Part shown: positions 50,059-52,640 of the stretch, one piece after another | How the letters are laid out: the number at the start of each line of letters is the position of its first letter | How positions within the stretch are numbered: the stretch's first letter is position 1 | Source: Perkinsus olseni | Lineage: Eukaryota | NCBI GenBank assembly: GCA_013115125.1 | Contig: JABANN010000213.1 | Location: 1 to 52,640 of the forward strand | Length of the DNA: 52,640 bases | Reading direction: 5' to 3' | Program-made: the position numbers and the translations under genes | Notes under the pieces: model-generated | Told to the model about the DNA's origin: nothing | Seen by the model: the letters and a program-made list of their open reading frames with translations, nothing else | The model's database searches: none

Positions 50059-52274
50059 CTACCCTTCCTGCAGCTGCAGCTGCATGCCCCCTCTAGTGTT
50101 AGAGTACCTCTTGTGTAGTAATGGTGCTGCCGTGTTAGTATCTCTCAGTGTCTCCCTACTATTATCCATTGCCATATTATTGGTATATAGTATATATTTA
50201 CGACAGGCATAACATAGATAAGGCCTAGCCTCATTCGGTATCGGTAGTGGTGGTAGCAAAAGCTGCCATAATGACCATGATGATCACCGCCGCCGCCGCC
50301 GCCGCCGTTGTTGTTGTTGTTGTTGTTGTTGTTACTACCTCAGGGGTCCCGTCTAGTTCCCTCTCCAAGGCTTGACATCTATCATTAGAGTATTCCAGAG
50401 CCTTCCTCAAGTACGAAGTCTCGCTGTACGTACTTTTTATAACCGATCTCTCGGCCCTCTCAACGGATGATGCCTCCTGATGGAGCATGACCAGTATTAC
50501 TACTAGTACTGCCATCATTGGGCCTTCATGTGCTGTCATCATAGTTACCCTCTGCAAGTTGGTATTCCTTTCTTTACTCAATTCTTCCTCCAATGCCAGC
50601 AACCTTCGCCCCTCATCTCTTCTACTGTTCAATTCATCTTCCATTATGATGGTGTGAGCCTCGATATCGTTAAGCATCATTCTGAGCTTGTTCACCGTAT
50701 CAACCTCACCTCTCAGGTTACTCTCTAAGGACCTGATGATGATGATAAGAATGGATGATATGTGAGGGGAGGGAGTCATACCGCATCTTCGAGGACCTAT
50801 CATCCAACTGGGTGGTAACATTACGTAGTTCCTCTCGTAATGACGCTTCTGTGGTCTTCACATCATGTACATGGATTGTGAGCTCCTTTATCTCCTTCTC
50901 GAGTGCCTAGTGACAACAACACTAACGACAGTAATAGATCCACTACTACTACTACTACTTGTATGTTATCATGTGTTTGGTCCAAACGATCCTGAGTGTT
51001 GGCTAACTCCAGTTGTAGGGTGGATATCTTGCCGTTATCCTCCTGAGTGCCGTTACCATCATCAGTACTCCCCTAACCCGCACCAACCTCCTTTTCAATC
51101 ATCAATCTCCGGATAGTATCATTCAATCCCTCCTTCTCCTCAACATACTCCCGTCTAGCCTCTTCCATATTGGCGTATTCTTCAGCCTGATTCATCACGA
51201 CGTCCATAACGTCATCATCACACTATGATCATGATCACTACTACTACCAAGTCCTGCCGTAGAGTATGCAAACTACTCGAGAGATCGTCTACTTCACCTT
51301 CCAACTTGCTTATCATACTCTCATTGTCTCTTAGTTGCGTCCGTAACGAGAATACATATTTAAGGAAAGCTTCATAACTGAACAACAACAATACTAATGA
51401 TATTCACAATGATACGCAGGTTATCAATACTACCTTCTCCTGGATTCAACTTCTTTCTCATTCGCATCGTCTCTGATGTCTTCCATCTCCTGCTTTAGCT
51501 CTTCCATCTCATTATTCAACAATGTCACCTTGCATTCTGCATCATCGCCACGCTGAATGTCGGTTGATAATCACATCCACCATTTTTGCTGTTATTACTT
51601 TACGCTCTTCATCCAGCGTCTTGCTTAGCGTTTCACACTTTACACGATACTCATCCAGCCGGCGTTTAGTGTTGTTATTCTCTTTAACCATCGCTGTTAT
51701 CTCTTTACCAAACCCCTCATCACTGGTCATTATATCACCCTAATGTCATTGCTACTACCATTGAGATCGTGTTAACTGCTACTACCAGAGCATCGTGTAT
51801 TTGATGTAATAATGTAGTTGCCATGGACGCATCTTTAGCCAATACATCATGAACCTGATACTAAGTATTACAACAGCAACTAATACTGATGATGATATTA
51901 CTCTAGTTATAGCAGTTATTAAGTCCAATGTTATACTATTCAAATCCAGTAATTTAGTTTTAGCTTTCTCCGCTATATACCTAAAACACGTCACCACCAT
52001 TGGGAGTCACGATATGTGAACTATATGACATCTTATTAACCTCGTCCATCTTCAGTGTATATGATGGTGAAAGATACGACCCTCCCTTCTCCTCCTCATC
52101 ACCACTACTACAAGTACTATTAGATAATGCTGTACTATTATCGAGCTCCCATTTAAACGGTACCTAGTAATATTAGTATACATGTAATACCATACTAATA
52201 CCAACTACTACCAAATAACCAACCCCCAACTTAATAAGACAGTTTATCAAATCAGTTGTGGCTCCGCAGGCCAT
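50059..52274 (-). CDS. Hypothetical long coiled-coil protein
   Basis: Spliceable heptad-rich exons (KRRLDEYRVKCETLSKTLDEERK; LESNLRGEVDTVNKLRMMLNDIE...). The inferred start is MACGATTDLINCLIKLG|VPFKWELD; the 5' end may extend further upstream. Confidence 0.55.
50287..50333. repeat. Compound (CCG)n(TTG)n microsatellite, intronic
   Basis: Direct read; follows a GT donor on the minus strand. Confidence 0.85.
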
Positions 52275-52640
52275 AGATCAACATATGCCAAAACTGAACA
52301 GGGGGGCAATATCTGCGTACAACAACAACGCAACTTAACGTATCGATTATAATGGCGTGCGCGAGTATGCCTGCGTGGGTGTGGTCGTCGTCACGAAGCG
52401 GCGTACGGTGGGGACCGGTACCGGATATACCGCGTACGGTTGATGAGAGGACAGTAGGGTATAACAGTGATGGGTGTATAGATCGTCTTAGAAAGATCGC
52501 TTCGCTACTCCTCCTCCACACTCGGCTGAGCTGACGTAGCATGATGTTTTAGAGCCGGGAAGGAGGGTGTAAGATAACCAACACTACAACCAGTTAGTAC
52601 TTAGAGACTTCGTAACAAAGGGGAGTTACGGAAGTATAAG

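Overview
Eukaryotic, gene-dense protist DNA with very short (~30-90 nt) GT-AG introns and short intergenic gaps. Gene content, intron size and low-complexity style suggest a perkinsid alveolate (Perkinsus-like); this is an inference. Most ORFs in the supplied track are exon fragments or antisense shadows. Manual splicing gives about 20 genes in five alternating co-oriented blocks: MFS sugar transporter (partial), SEL1L/Hrd3, EMC6, an LRR protein, CD2BP2/Lin1, three tandem START-domain paralogues, a hypothetical protein, an RNI-like LRR/coiled-coil protein, GPATCH1/TGH, a coiled-coil protein, a secreted furin-like Cys-repeat protein, an RRM protein, P5A ATPase (Spf1/ATP13A1), PUS7, SmD2, an NDNF-like FN3 membrane protein, an RPAP3-like TPR protein, an EH-domain protein and another coiled-coil protein. 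I found no CRISPR array, rRNA or intact transposon. The most unusual signals are: two unexplained, hairpin-dense non-coding intervals (~500-1290 and ~29100-29860) that are candidate structured ncRNAs; a 74-nt intron built like a circularly permuted tRNA; and one 126-nt exon that is near-identical across three otherwise diverged START paralogues. Gene boundaries were spliced by hand and need RNA-seq confirmation.
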